Assembly (NCBI RefSeq): GCF_006345805.1
Contig: NW_021826946.1
Coordinates: forward strand, 1-11,830
DNA: 11,830 nucleotides
Source: Octopus sinensis
Taxonomy: Eukaryota
Reading direction: 5' to 3'
The notes below the pieces were generated by a model. The model was not told where the DNA came from and did no database searches. It saw only the letters and a list, made by a program, of their open reading frames with translations. Below are positions 8,429 to 11,830 of this stretch, one piece after another. How positions within the stretch are numbered: position 1 is the stretch's first letter; every line of letters begins with the position of its first letter. Made by a program: the position numbers and the translations under genes.

Positions 8429-8612
8429 CGGCAAGATGGCAGAATCGTTAGCGCGGCGAACAAATCGCTTGGTAGCATTTCTTCGGGTTCAAATTGAGTT
8501 CATATTCCGATAATCTTTCGCTTCGACAAAATCAAGTACCATTCAAGTACTGGGGTCCACTATCCACGACCACCAAAAACTTCTGGCCCTGTACCAAAAT
8601 TTGCAAGAATTG
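8427..8612 (+). mobile_element. SINE family A, array copy 1 (most diverged)
   Basis: gcggcaagatggcagaatcgttagc...aagtacca...gtactggggtc...ccaaaatttg. Confidence 0.8.
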
Positions 8613-8632
8613 TTATTATTAGAGACAATTAT

Positions 8633-8848
8633 AAAGCAGTGAGCGAGCTGGCAGAATTTTTAGCAGGCCGGGCAAAATCATCTGTTTTAATGTTCTAAGC
8701 TCAAATTCCACCGAGGCCGACTTTGCTTTTCATCATTTCGGGGTCGATAATATAAGCACCAGTTGAGTGCTGGGGATCAATGTAATCAACTCCCCCCTCT
8801 CACCACCACCCAAAATTTCAGGTCTGATACCTATAGTAAAAAGAATTA
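8633..8848 (+). mobile_element. SINE family A, array copy 2
   Basis: gcgagctggcagaatttttagc...tttcatcatttcggggtcgataa...cctatagtaaaaagaatta. Confidence 0.9.
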
Positions 8849-9165
8849 GAAATAATACATTTCTAAATCTCTCAGAGAGATTTATTCTACAGCAGCACGA
8901 TAAAGTGATGGTATGTTGTCAACTTAATGTGACAGTCCCATGAAAGGGAAGAATGCTACTGCTATTTAGCCCTAGGAAGCACCGTTTCCTGTTGACCTTG
9001 ACATATTTCCTGTGTCCTTATGTTTTCAAAGGGGAGATAAGCACCTCCACTCACAGGAAATGTGTCAAGGCCAACAGGAAACGGTGTTTCCTAGGGTTAA
9101 ATAGCAGTAGCATTCTTCCCTTTCATGGGACTGTCACATTAAGTTGACAACATACCATCACTTTA
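8849..9165. repeat. Fold-back insertion with 114-bp inverted arms, a 37-nt spacer and a 12-bp TSD
   Basis: 8901-9014 matches the reverse complement of 9052-9165 at 110 of 114 positions. TAAAAAGAATTA occurs at 8837-8848 and 9164-9175. Confidence 0.95.
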
Positions 9166-9189
9166 AAAAGAATTATTTTTGATAATTAT

Positions 9190-9506
9190 GAGACAGCGAG
9201 CTGGCAGAATCTTTAGCAGACCGGGAAAAATGCTTAGCGGCAACGTTCTGAGTTCAAATTCCGCCGTGGTTGACTTTGCCTTTCATCCTTTCGGGGTCGA
9301 TAAATCAAGTACCAGTTGCGTACTGGGGGTCGATGTAATCGACTGGCCCTCTCCCCCCAAATTTCGAGCCTAGTGCCTATAGTTGAAAAGGATAATATAA
9401 GTACCAGTTCAGTACTGGGGTCGATGTAAACACCCAGATTTCAGGCCTTGTACTTACCCCAGATCCCCACCCCAGATTTCATGCCTTGTACTTGCAGTAG
9501 AAAGAG
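9190..9506 (+). mobile_element. SINE family A, array copy 3, with duplicated 3' segments
   Basis: Well-preserved copy at 9190-9390. A repeat of the 3' half starts at 9391 (gataatataagtaccagtt...) and includes a tandem cccagatttca(g/t)gccttgtactt. Confidence 0.9.
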
Positions 9507-9523
9507 TTATTTTAGATAATTAT

Positions 9524-9738
9524 AATGCAGCGAATTGGCAGAATCTTTAACACACCGAATAAAACGCTTAAAGGCAGTTTCATTCATTTTAACGTTCTGA
9601 GTTTAAATTCTACCGAGGCCCATTTTGTCTGTCATCCTTTCGGGGTCGATAATATAAGTATCAGTTGATCACCGGGGTCGATGTAATCGATTTAGCCTGT
9701 ACCCAGAAATACTGATCTTGTGTCAAAATTTGAAGCCA
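9524..9738 (+). mobile_element. SINE family A, array copy 4
   Basis: gcagcgaattggcagaatc...tcatcctttcggggtcgataatataagta...caaaatttgaa. Confidence 0.9.
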
Positions 9739-10249
9739 TTATTTTTCGACAATTATTTGCATTTCAAGTTAGCTTTATTTGTAAGTGGGATAATTATGTA
9801 TTTGGTGTACTCTAACATAAATCAGCAGTAGCTGATCAGCTGGTTTGTTGGTTTGTTGGAGACGGTATATCTATGGCGGGGGTAAAGGGGGGGGAGTGCC
9901 AGTTTTTCTGTAACTTGTGTGTAGGAGGGTATCATCATTTCGGGCAGGACCCTTCATAAAACGCTTCAGTTGTTCGCAAATGTGTTTAGTGTCGGTGGCG
10001 GGAGGATGGGGGAGAATAATATGGCGTGCATGGTGGTGGTGGTGGTGGTGGTATTGGGAAAGGGATGATTAAGTTATTGAAAAGAGAGTCAAACAACAGA
10101 AGAGTTGTGAGTGAAAGGGTGAGAGGCATAAGGCAGTGAAGTAGATGTATAGAAAAAAAGTAGGGGGGGGGCAATCAGTGAAGGAAAAGAATGAAGGATT
10201 TTGTAACTGTGTGTCAGCAAGGTGTGTTTTATAGCGGTTTACACCACAA

Positions 10250-10434
10250 ACATACATAAATGCATACATACAACGCACACATACTTACGCACGCACACAC
10301 AATACGCTCAAATGTATACACATATACATATATATGTGTGTGTGTGTACATTTATATATACATATATATATTCATATATATATGGGTATATATGTAAATA
10401 TATACATATATGTATGCATGCATATGTGTATATG

Positions 10435-10480
<46 letters not shown>

Positions 10481-10535
10481 GTATATATAGATAATATATA
10501 TATATATCTATATGTATATATATATATATATGTAC

Positions 10536-10577
<42 letters not shown>

Positions 10578-10725
10578 TACGTACATATATGCATACACAC
10601 ACATAGACACACGCATGCCACACACACCCCACACACCCCACACAACCCACACACACCCCACACAAACACACACCCAGCACACAAGCACACAAATACGCAC
10701 ACGCAACACACACAAATACATACAA
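10250..10725. repeat. Compound (CA)/(TA)/(CACACACCC) microsatellite
   Basis: Seen directly. Confidence 0.93.
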
Positions 10726-10851
10726 AAGTTTACATTTTTTAAGTCTTGCTGTACAAATACACCCACGTATAGAACTCTTCCTTTGGCATGTACCCCGATT
10801 ATTATGTAAGTGACGATAATAACATTAATAGTTATTGACAACGTAGCAACG

Positions 10852-11019
10852 TTGATGACTGATGATGACGATGATGCTGATGATGATGATGATGATGATG
10901 ACGACGACGACGACGACGACGATGATAATGATGATGATGACAATGATGATGATGATGATGATGACGAAGACGACGACGACGAAGTGGATAATGATAAAGA
11001 CGGCGATGATGATGATGAT
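10852..11019. repeat. (GAT)n/(GAC)n trinucleotide microsatellite
   Basis: Seen directly. Confidence 0.95.
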
Positions 11020-11188
11020 TTTTATGGGAGCAGTTCGCAGTCTACGTGTTGAAAGTACTATAGACAGATGATTCAAACGTTCACTTATTTAAATAAACCA
11101 TGTAACGGCCGAAAGTAGTTGAGATTTATTGAGCTCCTTAATATACTTCTGATCTCCCCTTTCTCTATGCCACTCGCTTCACTCTTAC

Positions 11189-11414
11189 CTCCTTGTTACA
11201 AAATTCACCTCTCTTCCCATTGTGTTCATTAAATCCCTTCTTCCCAGACACACGTTGACTGCTACGGCTCAGGAATATCAGGATAGTCTACTGGTATTGT
11301 TGTTCTTACTGCCAGCAATTCAGAGCCCATTGGGCAATTGAAGTTGATATACCGAACAAGGAATGTGATAACTCTTACTACCCGTCATTTTCCCTTCATA
11401 CTGATATCCGAAAT
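11189..11414 (-). other. Candidate non-coding (5' UTR) exon
   Basis: Minus-strand acceptor ctattttatag| at 11415, with an alternative tatttttacag| at 11432. Strong donor GAG|GTAAGA at 11189/11188. The sequence is unique and has stops in all three frames. Confidence 0.35.
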
Positions 11415-11660
11415 CTATAAAATAGAACATACTGTAAAAATATACGCATAACAAAATACTCTTTATAATATTAGAAATGTCAAAAGCAAACTTGTAACAA
11501 TATGAAAAAAAAAAAAGAAAAAAATTTCGTATGCTGTTTCATTGCTAAAGTGAGTTTGAATGCGTCGGAATTACTTTTGACTTCAGTCGACGACTATTCA
11601 AATGTTATGGTAAGCCTATTTGTAGCTTGTCTTGTGCATCTGGACTGCTGTCGCTCTCTG

Positions 11661-11782
11661 TACATACAAACATACATACATACATGCATGCATACATACA
11701 TACATGCATACATACATACATACATACATACATACATACATACATACATACATACATACATACATGCTTGCATGCATACATA
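11661..11782. repeat. (CATA)n tetranucleotide microsatellite
   Basis: Seen directly. Confidence 0.95.
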
Positions 11783-11830
11783 CTACAGATGCAATCTATT
11801 ACTAGAACTGTAAAAACTGTAAAACTTACC

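Noticed and set aside
8427-9756. CRISPR-like repeat-spacer array
   Set aside because: The context is eukaryotic, the 'spacers' are ~200-bp homologous SINEs, the linkers are degenerate and there are no cas genes.
10810-11052. Poly-Asp ORF resembling an acidic biomineralisation protein
   Set aside because: It is a (GAT/GAC)n microsatellite, open in several frames on both strands, with a GTG start and no convincing signal peptide or splice context.

Overview
AT-rich eukaryotic non-coding DNA, very likely from an octopus or other coleoid cephalopod. That assignment comes from recognising the two dominant tRNA-derived SINE families and the TA/CA/GAT microsatellite load, not from a database search. 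No intact protein-coding gene is visible, and nearly all supplied ORFs are microsatellite or SINE read-through. The window holds many nested, decayed transposons: a Tc1/mariner 5' end (1-279), a Penelope-like GIY-YIG endonuclease remnant (2470-2966, minus), a TIR-bounded element with three nested insertions (3201-3962), a CR1-type LINE 3' fragment, an RTE-type LINE 3' end with three C2H2 zinc fingers, and about 11 SINE copies or fragments. The most interesting items are (i) several short hammerhead-ribozyme-like motifs with non-canonical cores, including a G3:C8-swapped one, (ii) a 114-bp-arm fold-back insertion with a 12-bp target-site duplication, (iii) a head-to-tail SINE array with a re-duplicated linker, and (iv) minus-strand splice signals suggesting most of the window is one ~10-kb intron. 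I cannot support a claim of a wholly new biological system. The ribozyme variants and the fold-back are the best leads.
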